From Rhizomicrobium sp. (lineage in GTDB: Bacteria; Pseudomonadota; Alphaproteobacteria; Micropepsales; Micropepsaceae), in NCBI GenBank assembly GCA_035524575.1, contig DATKON010000132.1, forward strand, positions 4,643 to 68,642: a stretch of 64,000 nucleotides of DNA. Direction: 5' to 3'. A model generated the notes under the pieces. The model ran no database searches, had not been told where the DNA came from, and saw only the letters and a program-made list of their open reading frames with translations. A program made the translations under genes and the position numbers. Shown piece by piece: positions 7,835-16,268 of the stretch (position 1 is its first letter; the number at the start of each line of letters is the position of its first letter).

Positions 7835-8989
7835 ATGACGTCTTCGAACTTCCGCGCCCTTGCTGCGGCGCTGCTTCTCACAACGGCTTCCGCGGGAGGC
7901 CTGACTCTCGCCGCATCGACGACCGCTGAGGCCGCGACGGTACGGCCGCAGGTCGGCGCCGCGCTCCAGGCGGCGATCAAGGACGCTTCCTCCGGCAACG
8001 GAAATGCCGCGTTGGAAAAAATCCGGGAAGCCGAATCGCAGCCCAATTTGACGGCGCAGGAGCGCGAGACGATCGAGCAGACGAAGAACTATGTCGCGGC
8101 CAAGACGGGCGCCGGCGGCGGTGCGATCGGTGCGAAGGCGAAATTCGCCAACGACTATTCGGCCGGCCACTACAGCGCGGTCGTCGGTCCCGACGCGGAG
8201 GAGCTGCGCAAGGTGGGCGCCTTCGATGCGCAGAGCCAGCTCGTCGTCGCGCAGTCCTATTACCTGATGCACAACTATCCGGAATGCGTCCGCTATCTTC
8301 ACGACATGGGGCGTGTCGGCCAGCAGGCGCTCGAGCTCCTCAATCGCTGCGCCTATGAATCCGGCGACGAGGCCGCACAGATGGGCGCGCTCGAGCAGCT
8401 CGTCGTCGACCTGAACCAGCCGAAATACTGGTCCGACCTTCTGAGCCTCGCCGACCGCACGCCCCAGATGAGCACGTCCGACACGCTCGACGTCTATCGC
8501 CTGCGCCTTTTGACCGGCACGATGCGCAACGCGTCGGACTATGAGACCGCGGCGGAAGTCGCGATCCAGCTGGGCTTCCCGACCGAAGGCGCGACCTTCG
8601 CGCAGAAGGGTCTCGATTCGAAGCAGCTCACGGCCGACCGCGGCGCGAAGCTCCTCAATCTCGCCAAGACCAACGCTGCGACGGATGTCGCCAATCTCGC
8701 GAAGACGCAGGCCGCAGCCGCTGCCGCGAAGAACGGCGATGCCAGCGTCAAGCTCGGCGAAGATCTCTGGGGCATGGGCAAGTATCAGGACGCCGTGACG
8801 GCCATCAAGGCCGGCATCGCCAAGGGCGTGACCAACGCAGACGAAGCGCAGATCCGACTGGCCATGGCTTATATCGGCCTGCACCAGCGCGACGAGGCGC
8901 TCGCGGCCCTCAAGCAGGTGTCGAAGTCGGCGCCGGCGCACACGCAGACGGTCGCCCGCCTCTGGTCGATCTACGCGCGCACGCACTAA
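7835..8989 (+). CDS. Secreted Ala-rich helical-repeat (TPR-like) protein, last gene of the tonB-exbBD cluster
   Basis: It has a signal peptide (ALAAALLLTTASAGGLTLAASTTAEA) and a helical, Ala/Leu/Tyr-rich repeat-like composition. The TPR assignment is by appearance only. Confidence 0.5.
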   Translation: MTSSNFRALAAALLLTTASAGGLTLAASTTAEAATVRPQVGAALQAAIKDASSGNGNAALEKIREAESQPNLTAQERETIEQTKNYVAAKTGAGGGAIGAKAKFANDYSAGHYSAVVGPDAEELRKVGAFDAQSQLVVAQSYYLMHNYPECVRYLHDMGRVGQQALELLNRCAYESGDEAAQMGALEQLVVDLNQPKYWSDLLSLADRTPQMSTSDTLDVYRLRLLTGTMRNASDYETAAEVAIQLGFPTEGATFAQKGLDSKQLTADRGAKLLNLAKTNAATDVANLAKTQAAAAAAKNGDASVKLGEDLWGMGKYQDAVTAIKAGIAKGVTNADEAQIRLAMAYIGLHQRDEALAALKQVSKSAPAHTQTVARLWSIYARTH

Positions 8990-9000
8990 AGCCACGCATC

Positions 9001-9028
9001 GTCCCTCTCCTCTGAAGGGGAGAGGGAC
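9001..9028. terminator. GC-rich hairpin between convergent genes (candidate bidirectional terminator)
   Basis: gtccctctcc-tctgaagg-ggagagggac followed by tctatttc. It lies between the stop of the TPR-like gene (8989) and the stop of the 555-aa gene (9030). Confidence 0.5.
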
Positions 9029-9029
9029 T

Positions 9030-10697
9030 CTATTTCGACGATACCGTATTCGCGATCGCTCCGCGCCCGCCGCGGACGGAGACGAGATAGCCGCGCGCGT
9101 CGATATCCGGCGGTGAGGCAACGCCTTTGCCGTCGCCGGGCGTCTTCAGTTCCTCGAGCGAGAAATCCATCCGTGCATCATAGGTGCGGTCGATCTGGTT
9201 GCGCAGGTTCTGCTCGGCTTCGTACCAGGCCTGTTTCACCGCGCCGTCCCTGCAGGTCGAAAGCTCGCGCGGCTCCGTCGCGCCCCAGCGGCGCTCGATG
9301 CACTGATAGGGATCGAACGACATCAGGAACAGCCGGCGCCGCGCGTCTTCGTAACTCATGAAGACCTGGGATCCGTCGCTGCGCGCATAGGAAAGCTTGC
9401 AGGCCGCGGCGCGATGGTCATAGGCCGCGATCAGATCGCCGACGAGGTCGCTGCCGTGATAGACGAGGCGCGGATCATGCGCCCGATAAAGCCCGACGAA
9501 GCGCTCGACCGCATCGCGCAATTCCTTGAACGAGGTTTTCAGCCGCGCATCGCGCGACGGCGTCGAATAGACTTCCCAGTCGCCGTAAGTGCCGTAGATG
9601 TTGGGCGGCAGGCGATCGGGCTCGTTGCGCTTCGAAAGGCCCGCCGCGATCGCGAGGTTCACCGCATCGGCGCGATAGTGAAGATCGTTGCAGTTGGAAT
9701 CGACCATGTCGCCGACTTCCTGCACCGGATCGAATTCGAGCTTGCCGCCGGCGAGCTTCGCCCGCACATAGTCGTAATAGCTGACGATCTGGTTATCGAG
9801 CGTGAAGCTTCCCTCGCCCCACAGGAGATCATCGCTCGGCCGCGTGCCGTTGCCGAAATATTGCTCGGTGGAGAAATCGGCGATCTCGGCATTCTTCGCG
9901 AGCTCGACATGGCCGCCGATATAGCTGCCGTCGCGGCCGCGTTTGGCGCCGACAAGCTTCATCGGACGCCAGTTCTTGAAGCCTGCGCCCATCGCCGGCC
10001 GTGCGCGCACGAAACGCTCGTCGAAGAAGCCGCGGGTGACGGATTCGTCGGGATGGGCATCGAAATATTCGAGGCGGCCATTCGGATAGACGCGATAGAT
10101 GATCGCGACATGGCCGTTGGGATCGTAGACCATGGTGCCGGGCCGGATCGATTTGGGATCGATCGCCGGCGAGTACATGTCGGCTTCGTTGGGCTCCTCG
10201 AGCTCGGGCCCGATGCGATAGCTGGCCGAGGTGATGGCCTCGCGCACCATGTCGATGACCTGATAGCCGGAGCCCGCGCCGCTCAGCACATCGCGCCGTC
10301 CGGTGACTTCGTTGCCCTCGATCGTGTAGCGCACGTCATCCGTCGGGCTCAGCGGGGCCACGTCGCTTTCGTAGGAAAAGGGCAGCCCGCGCTTCCACGC
10401 GAAATAGGTCCGCAGCACATAAGGCAGCTCGGCGCAGTCCGAATGGAAGGTGATGTCGCTGGCGTCGCCGGCGGCGAAGGGATTCCAGACGCCGTGCAGG
10501 CAGGAATCGACCGTCCGGCACTGCGAGTCGCCGATCCCCTGGATGAACTCGGCGTAGGCCTTCTCGTCTTCGTCGGTCCAACGATCGAAACGCACGACGT
10601 AGCGATAGGACGGCCTGGGCGCGTCCGCCGCCGCGGCCGATGCGACCGACAGCACGGCCGCCGCCAGCGCCGCCATGACACACACAAGCAAGCGCAT
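9030..10697 (-). CDS. Secreted protein of unknown function (555 aa), Cys-containing, possible papain-fold (Cys...His) hydrolase
   Basis: The start was moved to MRLLVCVMAALAAAVLSVASAAAA (signal peptide). It is a long ORF with normal composition. I recognise no family. See the finding for the DCAELPYVLRTYFAW / NGHVAIIYRV pair. Confidence 0.6.
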   Translation of the reverse strand: MRLLVCVMAALAAAVLSVASAAAADAPRPSYRYVVRFDRWTDEDEKAYAEFIQGIGDSQCRTVDSCLHGVWNPFAAGDASDITFHSDCAELPYVLRTYFAWKRGLPFSYESDVAPLSPTDDVRYTIEGNEVTGRRDVLSGAGSGYQVIDMVREAITSASYRIGPELEEPNEADMYSPAIDPKSIRPGTMVYDPNGHVAIIYRVYPNGRLEYFDAHPDESVTRGFFDERFVRARPAMGAGFKNWRPMKLVGAKRGRDGSYIGGHVELAKNAEIADFSTEQYFGNGTRPSDDLLWGEGSFTLDNQIVSYYDYVRAKLAGGKLEFDPVQEVGDMVDSNCNDLHYRADAVNLAIAAGLSKRNEPDRLPPNIYGTYGDWEVYSTPSRDARLKTSFKELRDAVERFVGLYRAHDPRLVYHGSDLVGDLIAAYDHRAAACKLSYARSDGSQVFMSYEDARRRLFLMSFDPYQCIERRWGATEPRELSTCRDGAVKQAWYEAEQNLRNQIDRTYDARMDFSLEELKTPGDGKGVASPPDIDARGYLVSVRGGRGAIANTVSSK

Positions 10698-10833
10698 TCG
10701 TCCCCCTCGAACGCTCTTGGACGAGCCCCTCAGCCCGCCGTCGAGACTAGCCCCGGCCAACCCCCCGTCAAGCAACACGCATCACTCCCACCGCAGCTTT
10801 CACCGAACTGCCATCCTCTGCCGGGTCTCGCCC

Positions 10834-10857
10834 CGTGATATCGGGTCGGATATAACG
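10834..10857. promoter_or_regulatory. Mo-box-like palindrome (candidate ModE/MopA operator) upstream of modA
   Basis: CGTGATATC-gggtcg-GATATAACG, with 8 of 9 positions palindromic. It also reads GATAT-N7-GATAT against the remembered ModE motif TATAT-N7-TAYAT. It lies ~50 bp upstream of the modA ATG. Confidence 0.4.
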
Positions 10858-10905
10858 GACCGGGCGGCCGTTCGGCTGCCATCAGGGAAACGCGGCGGCA
10901 AGGCT

Positions 10906-11679
10906 ATGGGGTCGCAAAGGACGCTCGGGATTCTGGCCCTTCTGCTGGCGTTTGTGGTCGCAGGCCCGTCCCTGGCCGGCGACAGGATCACCGTCTTCGC
11001 CGCCGCCAGCCTGACGGACGCGCTCAACGCCGTCGACGCGGCCTGGAGGGCCCGCACCGGCGCCGACATCGTCGTCTCTTTCGCGTCCTCCTCGACGCTC
11101 GCCCGGCAGATCGAAGCCGGCGCTCCGGCCGAGATATTCCTCTGCGCCGACACGAAGTGGACGGACTATCTCGACAGGAAGGGCCTCATCGAGCCCGGCA
11201 CGCGGCACGACGTTCTGGGCAACAGGCTCGCGCTCATCGCGCCGAGCGACAGTCCCGTCGCCACGCTGTCCATCGATCGGACGCTCGATTGGCAGCATCT
11301 TCTGGGCGCGGACGGACATCTCGCGGTCGGCGATCCGGATCACGTGCCGGCCGGCATCTATGCGAAGGAAGCGCTGACCAGTCTCGGCGCCTGGGACGCT
11401 CTGAAGCAGAAACTGGCGCGTGCCGACGACGTACGCGGCGCACTGGCGCTGGTGGAACACGGCGAAGCCCCGCTCGGCATCGTCTATGTCACGGACGCGC
11501 GCGTCAGCCGCAAGGTGAAGATCGTCGGCGTCTTTCCGGAAACAAGCCATTCGCCGATCGTCTATCCCTTCGCCATCGTGAAGGGGCAGGCGAGTCCGGC
11601 GGTCAAGGCGTATTTCCGCTTCCTGAACGGGGCGGAGGCCCGTAGCGTCTTCAGCCGCTACGGATTCGCGACGCCGTAG
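10906..11679 (+). CDS. modA: Molybdate ABC transporter substrate-binding protein
   Basis: The start was moved to MGSQRTLGILALLLAFVVAG (signal peptide). ModA-like motifs are present: ITVFAAASLTDAL, GAPAEIFLCAD, VAVGDPDHVPAGIYAKEAL, PLGIVYVTDA. It is followed by modB and modC. Confidence 0.9.
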   Translation: MGSQRTLGILALLLAFVVAGPSLAGDRITVFAAASLTDALNAVDAAWRARTGADIVVSFASSSTLARQIEAGAPAEIFLCADTKWTDYLDRKGLIEPGTRHDVLGNRLALIAPSDSPVATLSIDRTLDWQHLLGADGHLAVGDPDHVPAGIYAKEALTSLGAWDALKQKLARADDVRGALALVEHGEAPLGIVYVTDARVSRKVKIVGVFPETSHSPIVYPFAIVKGQASPAVKAYFRFLNGAEARSVFSRYGFATP

Positions 11680-11710
11680 GGACGAGATTGCTTGACCTCA
11701 AACCATCAAA

Positions 11711-11797
11711 CATCCGTCATCGACCGCGTCCTGCGGGCGACCCGATTTCGTCCGAAGAAAATCGGGTTGCCCCGGACAAGCCGGGCAATGACGAATA
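11711..11797. repeat. REP-like palindromic element inside the modA-modB spacer
   Basis: The arms catccgtcatcg ... caatgacgaatag enclose the hairpin cgggcgacccgattt..aaatcgggttgccccg. The arm motif cgtcatc(g/a)(c/a)ccgg recurs at 13609-13846, 19547-19600 and 41898-42008. Confidence 0.5.
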
Positions 11798-11820
11798 GCG
11801 GGGTTTGATCTGACAAGAGC

Positions 11821-12519
11821 GTGCTCTGGATGTTGCTTACACAAACCGAAAGCGAAGCGCTTCTTCTGAGTTTGAAGATTTCGACCGTAGCCGTCGCTGC
11901 GGCGCTGCCGTTTGCGCTCGCCGCCGCCTATCTGCTCGCGCGCACGCGCTTTCCCGGCAAGGCCGTCGTCGACGGCGCGCTGCATCTGCCGCTGATCCTG
12001 CCGCCGGTCGTGGTCGGCTATCTGCTGCTGATGATGCTCGGCACGCGCGAGCCGTTGGGCGCCTGGCTTCTGGCGCATCTGGGTTTGCGCTTCGCCTTCA
12101 GCTGGAAGGGCGCCGCGCTGGCGGCGGGACTGATCACCTTTCCCTTTCAGCTGCGCGCGATACGCCTTGCGCTGCAAAGCCTGGATCGCGGTTTGAGCGA
12201 AGCCGCAGAGACATTGGGTGCCGGGCCGCTCGATCGCTTCGTCAATCTCGTTCTGCCGCTGGCGCTGCCGGGCATCGTCGCCGGCGCGATCACCGCCTTT
12301 GCCGCAAGCCTCGGCGAATTCGGCGCCATCATCACGTTCGTCTCCAACATTCCCGGAGAAACCCAGACATTGCCGCTCGCCATCTACAGCGCGCTGCAGA
12401 CGCCGGGCGGTGAAGTCGAGGCCGCGCGCCTTTCGGCGCTGTCGATCGCGCTGGCATTGGTCGGGCTGACGCTGGCCGAGATCGCCGATCGCCGCGTGCG
12501 GGCGCTGGTCGGGCAATGA
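11821..12519 (+). CDS. modB: Molybdate ABC transporter permease
   Basis: 232 aa polytopic permease with an EAA-like loop (LSEAAETLGAGPLDRFVNLVLP). It sits between modA and modC. Confidence 0.9.
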   Translation: MLWMLLTQTESEALLLSLKISTVAVAAALPFALAAAYLLARTRFPGKAVVDGALHLPLILPPVVVGYLLLMMLGTREPLGAWLLAHLGLRFAFSWKGAALAAGLITFPFQLRAIRLALQSLDRGLSEAAETLGAGPLDRFVNLVLPLALPGIVAGAITAFAASLGEFGAIITFVSNIPGETQTLPLAIYSALQTPGGEVEAARLSALSIALALVGLTLAEIADRRVRALVGQ

Positions 12520-13592
12520 CCATCGACATCCGCCTGCATCACCGCTTCGGATCGTTCGTGATCGACGCTGCGTTCGCGATCGACAAGCCGGGGATCACCG
12601 CCCTGTTCGGGCCGTCAGGGGCCGGCAAGTCGACCGTCGCCAATGCGGTCGCCGGACTTTTTCGCCCGGCCGAAGGCCGCATCGTCCTCGGCGACCGGAT
12701 CGTGTTCGATTCGAAGGAGCGCATTTTCCTGCCGCCGCGGGCGCGCCGCGTCGGTTACGTGTTCCAGGATTCGCGCCTCTTTCCGCATATGTCCGTCGAG
12801 AACAATCTGCGCTTCGGCTGGCGGCGCGCCGAACCCCGCGCCGACGCGAACGAATTCGCCCGCATTGTGGACATGCTGGGGCTCGAAAGCCTCCTCGCAC
12901 GCAAGCCCGCGAAATTGTCCGGCGGCGAGAAGTCCCGTGTCGCGCTCGGCCGTGCGCTGCTGTCGTCGCCGGATCTTCTCATTCTCGACGAGCCGCTCGC
13001 CGCGCTCGATGCCGCGCGCAAGGCCGAGATCCTGCCGTGGCTGGAGCGTCTGCGCGACGCGGCGAGGCTGCCGATGATCTTTGTGACGCATGCGCTCGAC
13101 GAGGTGGCGCGCCTCGCCGATCAGGTCGTGCTCTTGCGCAAGGGACGCGTGGAAGCCCGCGGCGCGGCCTTCGATCTCCTGCCCGATCTCGAATTCGCCA
13201 GCCTCGCCGGCACGACGCCGCTCGGCGCCGTGCTGCCGGCGAAGGTTGCCGTCCATCGCGACGACGGCCTGACGGAGCTCGCCTTCGACGGCGGCGCACT
13301 CTTCGTGCCGCAGCTCGATGCCGAGGCCGGGACGCCGTTGCGCGTGCGCCTGAGGGCGGAAGATGTGATGCTCGCCCGCGTCATCCCCGGCGCCATCAGC
13401 GCCAACAATGTGCTGTCGACCACCGTCGTCGCCGCGCGCGTCGCGGACGAGTCCCACGCCGATGTGCAGCTTCTCTGCGGGTTCACCAAGATCGTCTCGC
13501 GCATCACGCGCGCGTCGTATCAGCGCCTCGAAATCAAGCCGGGCATGCCAATCTTCGCGATCGTGAAATCCGTGATCGTGGATTCGCGGTAG
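12516..13592 (+). CDS. modC: Molybdate ABC transporter ATP-binding protein
   Basis: Walker A GPSGAGKST, signature LSGGEKSRVALGRAL, Walker B LLILDEP, and a C-terminal TOBE-like domain. Its start overlaps the modB stop by 4 bp. Confidence 0.9.
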   Translation: MTIDIRLHHRFGSFVIDAAFAIDKPGITALFGPSGAGKSTVANAVAGLFRPAEGRIVLGDRIVFDSKERIFLPPRARRVGYVFQDSRLFPHMSVENNLRFGWRRAEPRADANEFARIVDMLGLESLLARKPAKLSGGEKSRVALGRALLSSPDLLILDEPLAALDAARKAEILPWLERLRDAARLPMIFVTHALDEVARLADQVVLLRKGRVEARGAAFDLLPDLEFASLAGTTPLGAVLPAKVAVHRDDGLTELAFDGGALFVPQLDAEAGTPLRVRLRAEDVMLARVIPGAISANNVLSTTVVAARVADESHADVQLLCGFTKIVSRITRASYQRLEIKPGMPIFAIVKSVIVDSR

Positions 13593-13608
13593 CTATTTCC
13601 CTCCAAAT

Positions 13609-13846
13609 CGTCACCACCCGGGGACGCTCTTTTCGCGCTGACGCCGGTTGCTGTTGCTTACTTTCCACCATCCGTCATCACCCGGGGACGCGCTTTTCGC
13701 GCTGACGCCGGTTGTTGTTGCTTACTCTCCACCATCCGTCATCACCCGGTCGCGTGAGCGATCCGGGTGATCCAATTTTTGCGGCGCAATTTAGAGGGGT
13801 CACCCGGATGCCGCGCAAAAAAAGCGCGTCCCCGGGTGATGACGAA
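13609..13846. repeat. REP array: 2.5 tandem 64-bp units plus one inverted partial copy
   Basis: Units occupy 13609-13672, 13673-13736 and 13737 onwards (cgtca(c/t)cacccggggacgc.cttttcgcgctgacgccggttg.tgttgcttact.tccaccatc). The inverted arm gcgcgtccccgggtgatgacg lies at ~13824-13844. Confidence 0.7.
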
Positions 13847-13919
13847 GGGTAGTTATAGTGTGTTGGAATCCCCTTGCGAGCATGGAACACTGCGCGAGAA
13901 AATATTGGAGGAACCGCCA

Positions 13920-14477
13920 ATGCCGCTGATCCCGTTCGCCGATACCGGCAAGCTGCCGGAAAAAGCCAGGGAGGCGTATGACCGCCTGCCGCGCAAGCTC
14001 AACATCTTCCGCATGTGGGCCAACGCACCCGAGATGTTCGTCTCCGGCATGCGCTTCGGCGGCAATATCCTGGCACGGCAGAAGCTCGACGCGGCGCTGC
14101 GCGAGCTCGTGATCCTGCTGGTGGCGCGGCTTGAAGGCGGCACCTATGAATGGGTGCAGCACGTGCCGATCGCCGAAGGCGTCGGCTGCCGCAAGGAGCA
14201 GATCGCGGCGCTGGAGAAAGGCGCCGTCGATGATCCTGCATTCAACGAGAAGGAAAAGGTGCTGCTCACGTTCTGCCGTGAAGTCATCCGCGACGTGAAG
14301 GCGAGCGAGCAAGCGGTCGCCGCGATGCAGAAGCATTTCTCGCCGCAGGAGATCGTCGAGGCGATCATGACCTGCGGCTTCTACATGACGATGGCGCGCC
14401 TGACCGAAACGACGCGCACCGACATCGACGCCCCCGGCGGCATGGCGGTGCTGAGCGAATTGGGACGGATGAGCTGA
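13920..14477 (+). CDS. Carboxymuconolactone decarboxylase (AhpD-like) family protein
   Basis: The start was moved to MPLIPFAD (RBS ggagga 10 nt upstream). The segment LRELVILLVARLEGGTYEWVQH is typical of CMD/AhpD-fold proteins. Confidence 0.75.
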   Translation: MPLIPFADTGKLPEKAREAYDRLPRKLNIFRMWANAPEMFVSGMRFGGNILARQKLDAALRELVILLVARLEGGTYEWVQHVPIAEGVGCRKEQIAALEKGAVDDPAFNEKEKVLLTFCREVIRDVKASEQAVAAMQKHFSPQEIVEAIMTCGFYMTMARLTETTRTDIDAPGGMAVLSELGRMS

Positions 14478-14885
14478 ACAATCCTCCCCGAGTTGAACAA
14501 TCCTCCCCCGACGAAGTCGGGGGAGGGGGACCGCGACCCGCCTGCGCTAAAGCTACGGCGGGTTTGAGTTCGCACGTGGTCCGCCGAAGCCTTGGCGAAG
14601 GCGGAAGCGGTGGAGGGGGCAGCGGATGGGTTGAGCAATCCTCCCCCGACGAAGTCGGGGGAGGGGGACCGCGAAGCGGTGGAGGGGGCAAGCCGCCGCA
14701 ATGTGCCAGAGCAGCGGGTATAGTGATCAGGAAGGCGACGCGCACGGACTTGCCGCGGATTTCCGAAATTCGGACGGCTGGCGAGACGTAAGCCTGACGG
14801 TCAAATTATTTTCGAAAAAGCGATCTGAGCGTCGCCCCCTCCACCGCTTCGCGGTCCCCCTCCCCCATGCTCTGCATGGGGGAGG
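14475..14885. repeat. Composite G/C-rich palindromic repeat array
   Basis: A 43-bp direct repeat occurs at 14494-14536 and 14632-14674 with one mismatch. Each copy carries the hairpin cctcccccgac-gaa-gtcgggggagg. A 33-bp perfect inverted repeat pairs 14657-14689 with 14834-14866. The array begins on the CMD stop codon. Confidence 0.7.
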
Positions 14886-14892
14886 AATGACG

Positions 14893-15327
14893 TCACTGCG
14901 ATCCGGTCGCCCGGAACACAAACCGCTTCGACAGCGTGAAATTGAAGATCATGCCGAACAGCGTGCCGGCGATCTGCGCCACGAAGACGTTGTCGAGCGG
15001 CGACGGCGCGAAGGCCACCAGCGCGGAATAAAGCGCCCAGTTGGCGAGGAAGCCGATCAGATTGGCGGCGACGAAGCGCGCCCATTCGACGAGGAGATTC
15101 TCGCGCGCGGCGTGCTCGTGAAAGGTGAGCACGCGATTGCCCCACCAGGTGAAGGTCACCGCGACGAGGAACGCCGGCACGTAAGCGGTGTATTTGTCGA
15201 GCGGGAAAAGATGCAGAACGAGCCACAGCGCGGCCGCGTTCACGACATAGCCGGCGGCGCCGACAAGGCCGAAACGCACAATGCGCGAGCCTGCGATGCG
15301 CGCAAACAATTCGGCGAACAAGGTCAC
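14893..15327 (-). CDS. GtrA-family membrane protein (polyprenyl-sugar flippase-like)
   Basis: 144 aa with four hydrophobic segments. The motifs RFGLVGAAGYVVNAAALW and TLSKRFVF are typical of GtrA. Its start overlaps the GT2 stop by 4 bp. Confidence 0.8.
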   Translation of the reverse strand: MTLFAELFARIAGSRIVRFGLVGAAGYVVNAAALWLVLHLFPLDKYTAYVPAFLVAVTFTWWGNRVLTFHEHAARENLLVEWARFVAANLIGFLANWALYSALVAFAPSPLDNVFVAQIAGTLFGMIFNFTLSKRFVFRATGSQ

Positions 15328-16268
15328 GGCCAGATCAGGCCCTGCGGCCCCGGGATCGCGAGATAGGCAATCCGCTTCAGCTCCCAGCGCCCGCGCGTCA
15401 CCGTGTCGAGGATCAGCCCGCTCGCCAGTGACAGGAACGCCAGCACCATCATGCCGACGGCCAGCACGCCGCGCGGCAGCAGCGTCACCTCATGGGTCTG
15501 GAAGAACTCGATGACCACCGGAATGCCCAGCGCCAGCGAGAAGATCGCGAAGAACGCGAAGAGCCCCGTGAAGAAGATCAGCGGCCGCTCCTCGCGCACC
15601 AGGCTGACGATGGTGAAGAGAATGCGGAAGCCGTCGCGCCAGGTGTTGAGCTTGGAGACCGAGCCTTCCGGACGTTCCTTGTAGCGCGTGTCGATCTCGA
15701 TCATCGGCATCAGAAGACGCACCGCATGCACCGTGAGCTCGGTCTCGATGCCGAAGCCTTCCGCCGTAAACGGAAAGGATTTGACGAAGCGGCGCGACAT
15801 CACGCGATAGCCGGTCAGAAGATCGAGCAGCTCGACGCGGAACATCGTCGAGGTCAGGCCCGTCAGCAGCCTGTTGCCGAGCACATGGCCGGCGCGATAG
15901 GCGGCCTGCCCGGTGGCGACACGGCGCCCCGAGACGATGTCGAAGCCTTCCTCGATCAGGCGCGTGACGAGATGGGGCGCGGCCTCCGCCTCATAGGTGT
16001 CGTCGCCGTCGACCAGCACATACACGTCGGCTTCGATGTCGGCGAACATGCGCCGCACGACATTGCCTTTACCCTGCCGGTATTCCGTCCGCACGATGGC
16101 GCCGGCCTCGCGCGCCCGCGCGATGGTGTCGTCCTTCGAATTGTTGTCGTAGACATAGATGTCCGCGTCCGGCAGCGCCGCCTTGAAATCGCGCACGACG
16201 GTGCCGATGGCCGCCGCCTCGTTGTAGCAGGGGATGAGAACCGCCACGCGGGCTTTGCTCTTCGTCAT
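15324..16268 (-). CDS. Family-2 glycosyltransferase, GtrB / polyprenyl-phosphate sugar synthase-like
   Basis: Only the C-terminal 315 aa of track ORF 15324..17966 are used. They read MTKSKARVAVLIPCYNEAAAIGTVV...YVYDNNSKDDT...VLVDGDDTY, with two C-terminal TM helices. The ATG at 16268 overlaps the upstream stop. Confidence 0.85.
   Translation of the reverse strand: MTKSKARVAVLIPCYNEAAAIGTVVRDFKAALPDADIYVYDNNSKDDTIARAREAGAIVRTEYRQGKGNVVRRMFADIEADVYVLVDGDDTYEAEAAPHLVTRLIEEGFDIVSGRRVATGQAAYRAGHVLGNRLLTGLTSTMFRVELLDLLTGYRVMSRRFVKSFPFTAEGFGIETELTVHAVRLLMPMIEIDTRYKERPEGSVSKLNTWRDGFRILFTIVSLVREERPLIFFTGLFAFFAIFSLALGIPVVIEFFQTHEVTLLPRGVLAVGMMVLAFLSLASGLILDTVTRGRWELKRIAYLAIPGPQGLIWP

Noticed and set aside
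13609-13740. Tandem 64-bp repeats considered as a possible CRISPR array
   Set aside because: There are only 2.5 directly abutting copies with no unique spacers between them, no cas genes are in the window, and the unit is palindromic REP-like. It is not a CRISPR.
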